A model generated the notes under the pieces. It saw only the letters and a program-made list of their open reading frames with translations, searched no databases and was not told the origin of the DNA. This document shows, piece after piece, positions 51,901 through 64,000 of a DNA stretch of 64,000 bases. Position 1 is the first letter of the stretch. Each line of letters starts with the position of its first letter. The position numbers were made by a program, and so were the translations under genes. Origin of the DNA: Octopus sinensis (Eukaryota); NCBI RefSeq assembly GCF_006345805.1, contig NC_042999.1, forward strand, positions 94,240,001 through 94,304,000, written 5' to 3'.

Positions 51901-52194
51901 TCGAGATATATTGTATATTGAGCATTATTTCTTTCACTGTTCCTTCTACGTCTCTATCACTCGCTGAATCTGAACTTTTGTGTTAATGGAAACCCATTTA
52001 TATACTACTATTTTTGTGTGTGATTCTGCCAACACCTCAAGTGTGGGATGAATATGTCAGACCGACAGTTTTCGAATTCGATCAATTTGGCATCCTTGCC
52101 AGATATATGTCTTTATGTAAGATATATACTTTAGTATCTTTGAAACAGTTGCTGCTAATGCATTGTTGTCGCTGATGTATTTCTTGCTACTCAC

Positions 52195-52580
52195 GTTGAA
52201 ATTATTGCTATCCTTTGTATTGCTCTGATTATCATTATCAGTTTTTTTCCTTGTCATATATGTTGGTATGATTTAAGTCATGGAGGTGTGAACATGTTGG
52301 CCGTGGCCGTGTTTATTGTAGTGTTGCTGCCGTGTTCGTAGTAGTGGTGTTGTCGCTTTCGTTGTGTGAAATCAATTTCATTGCTGGAATTAAATTCTCC
52401 TGTTTTGTGACTATTGTTACTGTTGTCGTTTCTGCTGTTGTTTCTCGTGATAGACACAGTGTGATGCATTGCTCAGCTTCTCTCTCATTTGAGGGTTGAA
52501 GGCGGAGAACCCTCACGTGTATTGCAACTCTGAACCAGCACTATCTCTAACTTTCTGCTCCATGTCACAGAGCAGGGCGG
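52195..52580 (-). promoter_or_regulatory. Candidate promoter and first exon (GC box, E-box, leader, ATG 52257, donor 52194)
   Basis: GGGCGG at 52575-52580, CACGTG at 52514-52519, A/C-skewed leader, MTRKKTDNDNQSNTKDSNNFN then AAC|GTGAGT. No homology support. Confidence 0.25.
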
Positions 52581-55157
52581 ACATCGTCAAGTTTATTTTA
52601 AAACTTATTTTTGCCCAAAGATAAAATGAAAATTTCTTTCCCAATTTTAAATCTCCAAAGGGGGACAAACAAACAATTTTGATCCTAAGAGGCCCTGGTG
52701 GCTTCAACAATCTTTTTGTAAGAATATCAAGCAACTAACAATTTTTTAAGACGCGATAAGGACAAACTTACGAGAGAAACGACGCACATACTATTTTCGT
52801 CTAAAATCTTATACATCTAAACTTTGCCTACTGCATGATACAAAAGATGAAACCATTTCACGATGCAAATTCATAAAACTATAAGTTTAAAAATTAATTT
52901 TGTTTGGTAATACGCCTTTCTTCCTTACGTTTCTCTGACTTGGTAATTTTGCCAAAAGTATATCTAGAACTACTCTCAAAAATCATATTCTTCACCGAAT
53001 GTCGGCACATTTCACAAAATTATATGTATTTTGCTGCAAAATTTTCAATCATATTTGTTTAATTTTTTGTGTGCTTAAATTTCGAACACCTTTAAAATGA
53101 TTGTGGATTTTGTACGTAAATTAGGAATACATTCTGACATAAAAAAGTACTATTTTTCTTTCGCTCCATATAACTAAACATTAAAAAACCGTTGAAATAC
53201 TCTGTGGCATGTTGCAAGAAAAAAATATGACATTGTGGCGTTGTACGCTATTTAACAATGGATAGCTGCGACGGTGAATCCATAACAATAACAAAATCGT
53301 CTCAGCAACTGAACTGACTAGAAAATCCGTGTGGTCCAAATGTATTGCCACATATAATTGTTTTTTCCCCTAATTATTTGCCCGTAAATTAGAACGTTAT
53401 ACACATTTATATGTAAACTAGGCTAAAATTAAATCAATATTTTCAAATACATCAGACTTTATATGTTACTGTTGAGGGAACCTAATTTATCTCTTTCGTT
53501 TTCTCTTTAGCTTTAGACCTATCCTTAATAACTTTGGAGGATATGGCTGTCGTAAAGTTAAACTCTAACGCAGTACCTTTCTTATTTTCGCCAAAATCAA
53601 AATGTATATTTGCATTAGTTAATAAAACGGAATCTTATTTGTATTAAAACGTACAATGCAAGGTCCTTAATTCCAAAATGAACCAGAAATGCTGAAATGT
53701 AGTCAAAATGATTTTCTATAATTCAGTCGAGTATCATATTGCTGCAAGATGGTAGAAGTAGATTGGTTGCTATATATTCCCAGATTAGTGATGGTCGTAT
53801 TCCTATTTATTCTGACATGATAAAAAAGGACTAAAGATATGATAAATTTGTTTATGACGTCTCTTTTGATGTAATTCATATTTCCAGCACGTCGTGTGTC
53901 AAGAACCAATTTCTTCATTACCTAATATTAGAAGCAGACAAGGCATTCGAACCTCTGTGCTGCAGGAATAGCAGGACATTCTTCCTCAACTTCTAATCAC
54001 GTTCGAATTTGAAGAACTTTACATGGAATTGACTGCTTCAATCTCGATATACAGCTTGGATATCAGAACACTACACACGTGTTTACTTCGTCACTGATTG
54101 AAAGATGTAGAAATCCTCACAGATGATAAGGTGACATAGCAACATTCTTTATAAAAAATAAAGCAATTCATCACTTCACCTTCAAAAACATTTCTCACAT
54201 TCACATATGATCGCTAATTTGTACCAAATATTTACACTCGAATGAACATGACACCAGCAATCAGTATTTCACTAAATGTGAAATCACGTACACGACACTT
54301 CATTACAAAATTTATAGAGCGGAAACACTACACAAAACATTTGTACTGCTATAAATATAAGTCAAATGCTACTATTTTCATACCATACCACTTCAAAAAT
54401 TACATACAATGGTGTAATTCTAGGTACTAATTCCTAAGAAGAATGACAAAAATCTGGTTCCACTTTTAAGCAAATGTAAGCAGGGCTATGGTTCACATGC
54501 AACTAAAGGATAAATAAATCAAGAGTTCAATTCAGTAAGTATTGAGAAGTGTGAGGTTATCAATAGATGGATTATAAAGGTCAAATTAAATCATACTAAT
54601 CCCATCTTCTTAACTTTAGGTTTCTAATTATTAAGACGGAAATAAATGCAAAACACTATAAACCATTTAGTCCGACAATCTGTCATTTTCTAGTTCTAAT
54701 TTTCTAATGTCAAACTTTATAAATTACTTCTCAGTCCACACAAAATTACATACGCTGGGTTACTGACAGCTTAAAGCTAGAAGATACATCTGGTATGAGA
54801 GATGAAACGCCTGCTGTAGATGGCAAGTAAGTAGTTGTTTGAGATATTTTTGCTCAATCATATACTATGTACGGCCTGTAGGCGAGTGATGTGGTGTGTG
54901 TCTGTGTTTGTGTCTGTGTGCGTGTATGTGTGTGCGTGCGTACAATGGCAACAACATCATTTAATATTAGAAACATAGCACAGCCGGTTTTGTCAGATAA
55001 GACTAACACATTACACGAGAGATTTGGTGTTTATATGTGTCTGTGTGCATGCGTGTGTGAACTTGCGTCAGCGCATGTGTGTGCGTGTGTGTATAAGTAT
55101 AATAGGTACTTATAAGCATATGATATATATATATATAAGTATACACGCTCAAGCACA

Positions 55158-55222
<65 letters not shown>

Positions 55223-55729
55223 CATAGTTCAACTTTTCTGACGGAAAACATAGACCACATAGAAGTGCTCAAGTCGAACCAGAGACATTAGACTGGTATA
55301 ATAAATGCAATGGAAAAAGTTCAAGTTAGGCAAACTACAACGAACACATATGTGTACGAATTAACTTGAGACAGAAACTGCCCAAAATAAAACATATATA
55401 TGTGTGCGTATATATATATATAGAGAGAGAGAGATAGATAAATATATACGTGGATGTATATATATGCATATATATATGTTTATATAATGTATAAGTATAT
55501 ATATGTATACATATATAATGTATATATATACGTTATATATTTATATATGTATGTATATATATACACCCACGTATATATCTATATCTATCTATCTATATAG
55601 GTTCCAGGAGTGATGTTACAGCACAATGCTATAGCAATATCGTTAATTTGAAAAGCATCGGGGAAAAGAATACCCACAACACCAAATACAGTAACATAGC
55701 AACTATAAACAAAATTACAAACTCACATG

Positions 55730-56215
55730 AAACACCCAGGAGGTTCCTCGATCCAGTTCTGAAGGATTCCTGACATCAGCAAGCATTTCATTTAGCTAAC
55801 CTCTGGAAGAAGCACTGGACTCTGGTTATATTCTTGATAATTTCCTATCCCAGTTAATTACCCCAATTTTTGAAAATGGGCAACAAATCGCATGCAATGA
55901 ATTACCGATCGGCTTCCCCTCTCGTATCAAATTATTTGAGAGAGCGGTGAGATCTAGAGTAACTCACTTTCCGGAAAGTAACAGCTTGCTTATTTCCAAC
56001 CTGCATGGTTTCTGCAATGATAGAGACTACATAACCTGGCTCCTACATCATTCTGATAAATTAAAGTCTCTTCGAGAGGGCTCCAATGTTGATGCTATAT
56101 ATCTTGACTCCAGCAACGTCTTCTACAATGTTCATTACCGCATCCTATTAAAGGAACTATGCAGCATGGGAGTCGGGGAGAAATTATTACATTAGATTGA
56201 ATGTTTCCGAGGGAA
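55730..56215 (+). mobile_element. Decayed CR1-like LINE RT N-terminal fragment
   Basis: KLFERAVRSRVTHFPESNSLL...HGFC.DRDYIT.LL, GSNVDAIYLDSSNVFYNVHYRILLKEL..GVGEKLL. Confidence 0.75.
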
Positions 56216-56279
56216 TTCTTTCTTTATAGCCCACAAGGGGCTAAACATAGACGGGAGAAACAAGGACAAACAGAGGAAT

Positions 56280-56450
56280 TAAATCGATTACATAGACCCC
56301 ATTGCGTAACCGGTATTTATTTAATCTACCCCGAAAGGATCAAAGGGAAAATCGACCACGGTGGTATTTGAACTCAGAGCGTAACGGCAGACGAAATACC
56401 GCTAAAAGTTTCACCCGGCGTGCTAAAGATTCTGCCAGCACGCCGCACCT
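56280..56450 (-). mobile_element. SINE family B
   Basis: Reverse complement GCGGCGTGCTGGCAGAATCTTTAGCACGCCGGGTGAAAC..AGCGGTATTTCGTCTGCCGTTACGCTCTGAGTTCAAATACC. Confidence 0.85.
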
Positions 56451-56519
56451 TTGGATTGAAAATTTCCGAGCGAATAGAACACAGCATATGTTTATCTTTC
56501 TCTCTATCTATCTAAAGAA

Positions 56520-56728
56520 GCGTTCCGATGATCAGGCGATCCGTTTGCTGCCAACACCCGCTAAAAGGAGGGCTGGGCATGCCGTGGTTGATGATGCGCA
56601 GACATGCGCTCAGATATCTCCGGCTCTACGTAGGCGACGCGGTGAACAGGTGTGGTCGCCGTTTGTGAGACGCGCTTTCTCGCAGCTCGTTTCCACGACC
56701 GAACTGCACCCGTGTATCAAAAAGAGGT
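56520..56728 (+). mobile_element. Internal L1/Tx1-clade fragment (same family as 50077-51900)
   Basis: MIRRSVCCQHPLKGGLGMPWLMMRRHALR..GEQVWSPFVRRAFSQLVS; homologous to about 51000-51100 on the minus strand. Confidence 0.8.
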
Positions 56729-58074
56729 ATATATTTGTGTGTGTATATGCCTGTGAATGTGTGTGTGTATGTATTTATGTTTATATATATATATATATAT
56801 ATATATACACGCACACACCACACACACACACACATCTTTAGATAAAACTTCCCTCTCTACTCTCACTTTCCCTTTCAGGTGATACTTGAAAAAGTTGAAT
56901 AGAGGTTGACCAGAGAGGAACGTGTTTGTCTATAGGCCTTTCTGACGCATCCATCATACATATTCTTTAGCCATAGCACAAGTACGATAAAAATTCCTCT
57001 CTATGTTCGGCTCTGTGTAGCTAATAAAACTATCTATCTATAAATAAATACCAAATTACCGGCGCATATAATCGTTTTTTAATTTATATTTTTCTGTAGA
57101 AGATTGCTACAAGCTTCATTAGAAAACAATAGGCTTATCTAGTTGTTGGATATCATATTCTTACTAGTTACTTTAAAATTAGTAGAAATGAAGTTAAGAG
57201 ACAATATATCTGTCTATTATTATTGTTATTATTATTACTATTATTACTGTTTTTGCCATAATAACAATTTTCTAAAGTCTTGTAGCAGCTGTCAATTGCA
57301 TTCACTGTTTAAGAAGAATTTTGCGAACAAAATTCGAACAATAATTATTTCATTAATTGCCATGATATTTTCATTGTGTCTGGCAGCCAATCATATCCTT
57401 ACTTCGAAGTGTCAGTCTTTCGTTCAAACATTCTCAATTACTTCTAGCTTCAACATCATATTGTATAAATGATGTAACGAAGTTCAAAAATACTACAAGT
57501 AATATGGTCATTGTGGAAAGCTGTTGTATAATTGTAATTTAACCTGCAGCGATGATGGGTCAGCGCCTTGAATGATGTCAGCGAATGAGGTGAACCGTAG
57601 AAAATAATGCAGAACTAATTTTGTTGAACATTATTTCACAAACAACCTGCTAAAGGACATAAAATGTCACAAAATAAATTTGTTTGGAATATTTTTAATT
57701 TTTAGCCTCCACTTGCCGATATCGCAATAACTCATGACAAAGCAAGCAAAAATATTAATATAAACACTTAAATATGTTCCTAGCAAGTGATATGACTTCA
57801 AAGTGCATTTTCCCTTATTTAATAAAATCAGTTTCTACATTATAAATCAACATATTTTGCTGAAAAAACATTATACACCAATTTGGTTTTAAATCACATT
57901 TCAAGTGAAAATAAATAATATATTATTAAAGTAACGTGTTTTAGTAAATAAATTCTCATTGTTGTAATTTGATGGAAATGAGTCTCGCAGATGTAAAATC
58001 TCATTAACTCAATTGAGAGAATTATAACTGAACCTCTCAGCAGGTGAAAGAGGTACTATAAGTCTGCATGCATG

Positions 58075-58105
<31 letters not shown>

Positions 58106-58429
58106 GCATATGTGATTTTATTCAACATATTTCATTCTCAGATTCACACATTTATTGAAGCGATCATTCAGCTTTTCTAAGACTTGTAAAACAATTCAAA
58201 GATAGTTGGACATCCAGTCATGCATTAAGCAATACCCTTAAGACCAAAGCTTTTCAGCTCCACCTAGTGTATCTCTCTCTCTCTCTCTCTCTCACTCTCT
58301 CACTCTCTTGTGTGGGCCTGTACAGCCACAAAAGACGCTGCACCATCATCAGCAGTTGACACGATTTGTTTGGGCGTAGATCCATGGCCTCTCGAGACCG
58401 ACGGATGCCTATTACGACTACTATATATA

Positions 58430-58678
<249 letters not shown>

Positions 58679-59094
58679 ACTGACGGTACATGAACCCGTA
58701 ATTTAATTTTCGACCTTTAAAGAATAACAATGAATTCCTTCAAATCACAGGACGTCGGCATGAAATATCGGATAGCTATGATGTAGTTCTGCATAAACTG
58801 CATAACGTTTTGACGATTGTTCTTCATAAGTTTGCTGCATGAGTGGTGGCACAATCTGATGTTGAACAACCAGAATAGCACACATCATCAGGTACAAGAA
58901 TTAAACTTCTCTGTTTATTGAAAAAGCAAATTACAGAACTTATGTCATGATATAATAATTCGTATATTTTCCAGTTTCTCTAACGGCAATCGTGTTTGTT
59001 ACTGGCGAATTTCTATATGGACACACAGACATACATATGCACGTATAAATGCTTGTCGGTCTGTGATTGTATAGGCAGACAGAACAGACTGATA

Positions 59095-59182
59095 TATAGA
59101 TAGATAAATTAACAGACAGACAGACAGATAGATAGATAGACAGAGAGATAGATAGAGGGATAGATAGATAGATAGATGGAGG

Positions 59183-59233
<51 letters not shown>
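59095..59233 (+). repeat. (GATA)n/(GACA)n microsatellite
   Basis: Direct tetranucleotide repeats. Confidence 0.95.
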
Positions 59234-59234
<1 letters not shown>

Positions 59235-59769
59235 TCACACTCACATATATCGCATATATATACGATGTTCTTCATTAAGTTTCCTTCTACCAAACCCACT
59301 CGCAAGGCTTTGGTCGACCGAGGCTATCGTAGAAGACACATGCCCAAGGTGCAACGCTGAACCAGGAACTGTGTGTGTATGTATGTTTGTGTATGTGTAT
59401 GTATATATATTTGTTTAATAACTTACTATGTAAAGTATACTGGATATGAAATAACCTTCTTGTATTATGATATACTCCATACATTTGTTAATTAGAACAC
59501 ATATTTATGTTATAGATTATGTACATTCCTATTATTGTGCATTTGATCATCACATCAAATATTATAGCATGACTTCTCTATAACTTTGCTCACGATATTG
59601 ATTAGCTTTTCTCTAGCCCTGACCTATCTCACAAATTTCTATAGATAGCCTTCATTAGCAATCCTTCCTTATGTATATTATTCACTACATATATCATCTT
59701 GTATATCATTTCATTATTTCATGTGTAATTTGTTGGTTTTATTTGGTCAGATCATACTGTAAATTCACA

Positions 59770-61000
59770 GTCAGTAATTCTTTTGAAAATGTACTCATGA
59801 TTTGTACTGACTCAGGAATTTGAGCTTAGCGTAGAAATAAAAACATAACAAATCTTTCATATGGAGATTCAATTTTTTTCCAGTGAGAGATATTTTCCTT
59901 TCAGTTAAGCCGGTCCAGTTACTTATGAACAGAGATAACATTGTTCATAGGCATCTGATAGCGACTGGCAAAACTCTTTTATCTTCATATCTGGCTAATA
60001 GGCACGAAATTCATAATTCTTGTTACATTTCTACTCTCTGAAAAACCGCTTGTTCTTATATACATTTGACGTTTGTATTTGCTTAGGTGACAACTTGCAA
60101 AACCTTAATAATTATTTAAAAGATAAGCACTACATAAAACTTTGAAATATAGCCTCTGGTGAATTCACCGTGTGTCATATTAGACAAGTCATATTACCAA
60201 TGAAAGTAGCGTCTAAGTTTTCATGACACTTCATTTTTTTCATTTCAAAACTTTTTCGGTAAACTTAATTATTGTTGTTTTTCCACGTCTGTTCAACAAA
60301 TTTTATAAATTTTTCTTGTCGCATTTTTCTCTAAATCCTATCCATATATCTTCCAGTTTCTTTATGTGATACATTTTTTTGGTCTTTTGCGGCGTATTCT
60401 AGATATCTATCTTTCCATAACATATCGCATCCTTTTGTTTATCTCTATATTTTTGTCTTACATTGGGAGCCATTTTTATTCTGTTAAGCTACAATCTATA
60501 TTTCTCTATGTTGCTTTCATAGTATTTCAAATATTTACGTATTTCTTTTCATACTGTTTTGTCTTTTGTTTATATATTATCCAGTTTCTAGAAGTATCCT
60601 TCCTTGTAATTTATTTCACCAGGAAATTTTTTTCCTATTTTTATCTCCACCAGCTTTTCGATCAGTCTTTATTCCAATCATTTTACCACTAGGCTATTGT
60701 TACTTCTTTTATATTTTACATTGCAATTGCGTCTTTGTACTGTATTAATGTTCTTCTACGATGCTTCCAACCCTTTGTTTTCTGGAGATTCTTTTTGTAC
60801 TATATTCACTTCATAGTTCTTACATTATGTTTATGCTGAATCGATCTTCTTTCTAATTCATTTTATTTTAGTTGGTTTTCATTGTTTATTCCCTACTATC
60901 ATATCTTACTCCTCATTTGTTTTTATATTCCTATTTTGCAGATTATCGAGGTACCATCGATTGCATAGATGGAATCATTTAATGTAGTACGAGGTGAATT
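59770..61000 (-). mobile_element. Highly decayed R4/Dong-type LINE N-terminal (pre-RT) region
   Basis: Weak but collinear fragments: IGIKTNEE..IRKKID, RLIEKLVEIKIG, HWKKIESPYERF..QIPESV. Confidence 0.4.
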
Positions 61001-61515
61001 GTGAGGTTCAATAAATCACCTATTCTGAGTCCTATTGAATGCTTAGATATTTTAGAAATATAATCACATAGTTACAGTTTCAAACGATTCCAAATATTTT
61101 ACTGCAATATTAAGTACACCAGAACTGCTATTCTTTAATGTAGATACACGAGGCTTGAAGAACAGACTGAAATTTCTAAATAAATTTTATGTGCGTGTAT
61201 GTTCGGAAATCTGTCAGTGGTCTGTGTACATGTTGAATGATAATTTCTCACGTTTCTGGACACTTAGTATAAAGCAGATGTGTAGTGAATTTTAAAACTT
61301 TTTAAGGAAAATCTACGAATGCCAACAAGTAGTAAACATGACAGCGTCCGGGTGCAAAACCACATCTGGTAAATTGGATTAATAAAACAAAAGAACAAGA
61401 AATAAAGCGTAGAAGCTCGTATGCGTGAATACACACACGCATGCTCACACATACACACAAGTATCTATTTACATAAATATGCAATAATAGAGAGAGAGAG
61501 AGAGAGAGAGAGAGA

Positions 61516-61554
<39 letters not shown>

Positions 61555-61791
61555 TATATATGTAATATATTGCAATAATATATTGCATTCCTGCATTCTT
61601 GCGTTATATGTGTGTTATTGTGAATAACCAATTGATTGCAAGAATAATAAAAGAATAGTACAGTAAGGAGTAATGTCTAGGCTACATGTTATATATGCAT
61701 GTACATATTTGTATACATATGTATGTGTTTGTGTATGTTTGTGTCTCTTTGTGTGTATGAGTGTCTGTGTGTGTGTCTGTGTTTGTATATG

Positions 61792-62087
61792 TGCGTGGCT
61801 TAGTGGTTAGTCTATTCGGTTCACGATCGTAAGATTTTAAGCGTGATTCTCGACGGTGCGATATCTCCTGAGGAAGACACTATCTTTCACGATGTTGTAG
61901 TAAACTCAGTTGGAAAAAAGGATTAGTACCCGTATTTCAAAGGCCCAGCGTTGTCACATTCTTTATTACGCTCAATCTTCCTGAGAACTATGTTAAGATT
62001 ACAAGTATCTGTGAAATGCTCAGCAATTTGCACTCTAATTTCAAGATCAACTGGAACCCGTGTCATCCTAACCGATGGAGTGCTATT
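61792..62087 (+). mobile_element. tRNA-derived SINE (family C, my label)
   Basis: A-box-like GCGTGGCTTAGTGGTTAG head, GAGGAAGACACT..TTTCACG, body ending GGAACCCGTGTCATCCTAACCGATGGAGTG before a microsatellite. Confidence 0.6.
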
Positions 62088-62105
62088 ATATATATATATA
62101 TATGT

Positions 62106-62136
<31 letters not shown>

Positions 62137-62379
62137 CGTATGTTTATACATGCGTGAGTGGAGTGAAGATTATTTATGCAAGTAGGAGGTGCAAGGATAA
62201 AATTGGCCGAGAACTTCATAACACTCTAGCTAACACTAATCATGCAGTAACTCCTCTCACTTAACTCTTTACATTTCTCACCTTCGCATTTCCATATTTA
62301 CTCTCATAGAGTTAAGACAACAAAGTTTTACTTTCACAAAGAATTCTTTCCTGGGGCTATTTTTAAATGACATACTGAA

Positions 62380-63020
62380 ACATCATTTTCTGGCTAATAA
62401 AGGCTGGTGCGAAAGATTTAAGTTTCACTTCAATTTGCTCAACACAAATATGGTTGATTAAGGTATCCATTCCTATTCGGAAGTTACTATTAAACACCCT
62501 GAGTAGTTATTGATGGAGTGAGTTACGCATAATATCAATGTCCATGAAACTATTTTTCCAAATGATATTGCCTCCTAGAATGTTCTTCTCGAGAAGAAAG
62601 GAAATCGGCACCAGGATTTAAAGCTACACCGTCTGACACTTCTTCTGGGAGGAAATCTCACTGATTATATGAAATGAAATATTCTACTCGTATATCACAG
62701 CAAATATCCCAATTCTTCAAATGTTATGCAAGTTTAATTTGCTTTGAAGTTGTATTCAAATAAGAAGTTATGGTTGTATACGAGTCTTTTCCAAGAGTGA
62801 TTTACAATCAATTTTCGCCCTGCTGTACACAATACGGTGCCAGACGTTATATTTCGAACGAATATTTGCTATGTTATGACAATGCATTGAATCATCCATT
62901 GAAAATAAATTAACTTGCTGATAATGTAAGAGAATAATATATTCTCAAGATAACGTATTTGCTCCAGCCAATAAATATGCGAGTGTATGAGATACTAAAT
63001 ACAGTTTGTCCATGCCCTTG
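62380..63020 (+). mobile_element. Tigger/pogo-like transposase remnant
   Basis: KGWCERFK, SREERKSAPGFKA...LLGGNLT, LYSNKKLW, YDNALNHP and LLQPI in the order expected for a Tigger DDE domain; many frameshifts. Confidence 0.7.
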
Positions 63021-64000
63021 AAGTTGCTTACTAAAATACAGACTTAAGTTCAACAAATGAGAGATAATTTGCAATCTGAGTTCGAATCCAATGAGGTCCA
63101 CTTTACTCTTCGAAGTTGAGGTAAAAATGCTCATTCCCATGCCCGTTAAACTTTCTTTTTTTCCATGTGTTACAACCTGAAAATCTCTGTGAGTTCATAA
63201 GACACTTGAAAACATGTTAGTGTTGACTCATGCATTGCACCTAAAATAAATAGTAAAATCATTATTCAAGCAGCCCTGACATACTCGCTTGCATGCGACT
63301 ATTCCATTGTATGTATTTCTTCCAGTAGCCGCAAATGAAGCGTGTTTCATCACGGTGCAAAAGGAATGTCATCTTCCCGTTAAATCTGACAGTTTGTCAA
63401 TTTCGTCTATAGTATTTCGCTGCTTATAGCATGTTTTTGTTGGTTTTGTTTTCTCAGCTAATTTTGGAAATTTTAAAATTTTGTGATATGGCTTGATGTT
63501 TAACACAATAGCTGTCGCCACTGATGCCACTAGGCCGTGAAGTAGTGGTAAAGATTAAATGTACCTATAAAATTCTTACTTGTTCTTCTCTTAAAGCATG
63601 AAGTAGATTGGGCTCTCATAGGAAGCAAGTTATATTACCCCAATGGTGGTTTTGTACGTGTCTCTTCAAAAGCCCAAGATTTTCTCCGATACATAAGAAT
63701 TTCCTCGGCACCTTAGTTGAAGGAGAACAGCCTTGTCACTATTAAGATTATTGTGCCAGAGGCTTTGTACCTTATTGCTTCTTTCATATCAGCTACATTG
63801 GACACAATTTACGAAAAATTAGTCTTCCATGTGGCAGTTGACTTTCGTCTCAATGTGTGTCATCTATTCAGTCTTCTTTGTTGTAAGAAACATATTAACA
63901 TTCTCAACAGAAGCCAGTAAGTCATTCGCGTGATACATTGGAACCTTGTGAAAGTAAGATGATTAGCATGTTAACTTGTATATGTTAGGAAGATAAAGGT

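Noticed and set aside
63500-64000. Possible RTE RT remnant (EAIRYKASG...GAEEIL)
   Set aside because: Single weak motif, truncated by the window end.

Overview
AT-rich eukaryotic genomic DNA, most likely from an octopus or other coleoid cephalopod. That assignment is my inference from the SINE families, the very dense TA/TG/AAT/GATA microsatellites and the LINE repertoire. The window is mostly intronic or intergenic and full of decayed transposons: R4/Dong-type RLE LINEs (5 pieces, several next to (TAA)n arrays), CR1-like LINEs (4), an L1/Tx1-type LINE (2 pieces), an RTE fragment, a Penelope-like element, a full-length mariner with TIRs, a Chapaev3 DNA transposon with both termini, a Tigger/pogo remnant and about 10 tRNA-derived SINEs. 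There are two microsatellite-bounded tandem duplications (about 1.49 kb and 1209 bp), which may be assembly artefacts. No tRNA, rRNA or CRISPR array was found, and no host gene could be named. The best host-gene evidence is a minus-strand terminal coding exon (20986-21285) and a phase-compatible 23-nt microexon (27647-27669); these could join a CpG-rich promoter-like region near 34 kb into a 150-aa model. The most interesting non-coding signals are a core-intact minimal hammerhead ribozyme motif in a Penelope-type inverted repeat (25.5-26.0 kb), a G-quadruplex motif fused to a pre-miRNA-sized hairpin (43.8-43.9 kb), and fold-back compound microsatellites. All family assignments come from recognising motifs by eye, not from database searches, and coordinates of decayed elements are approximate.
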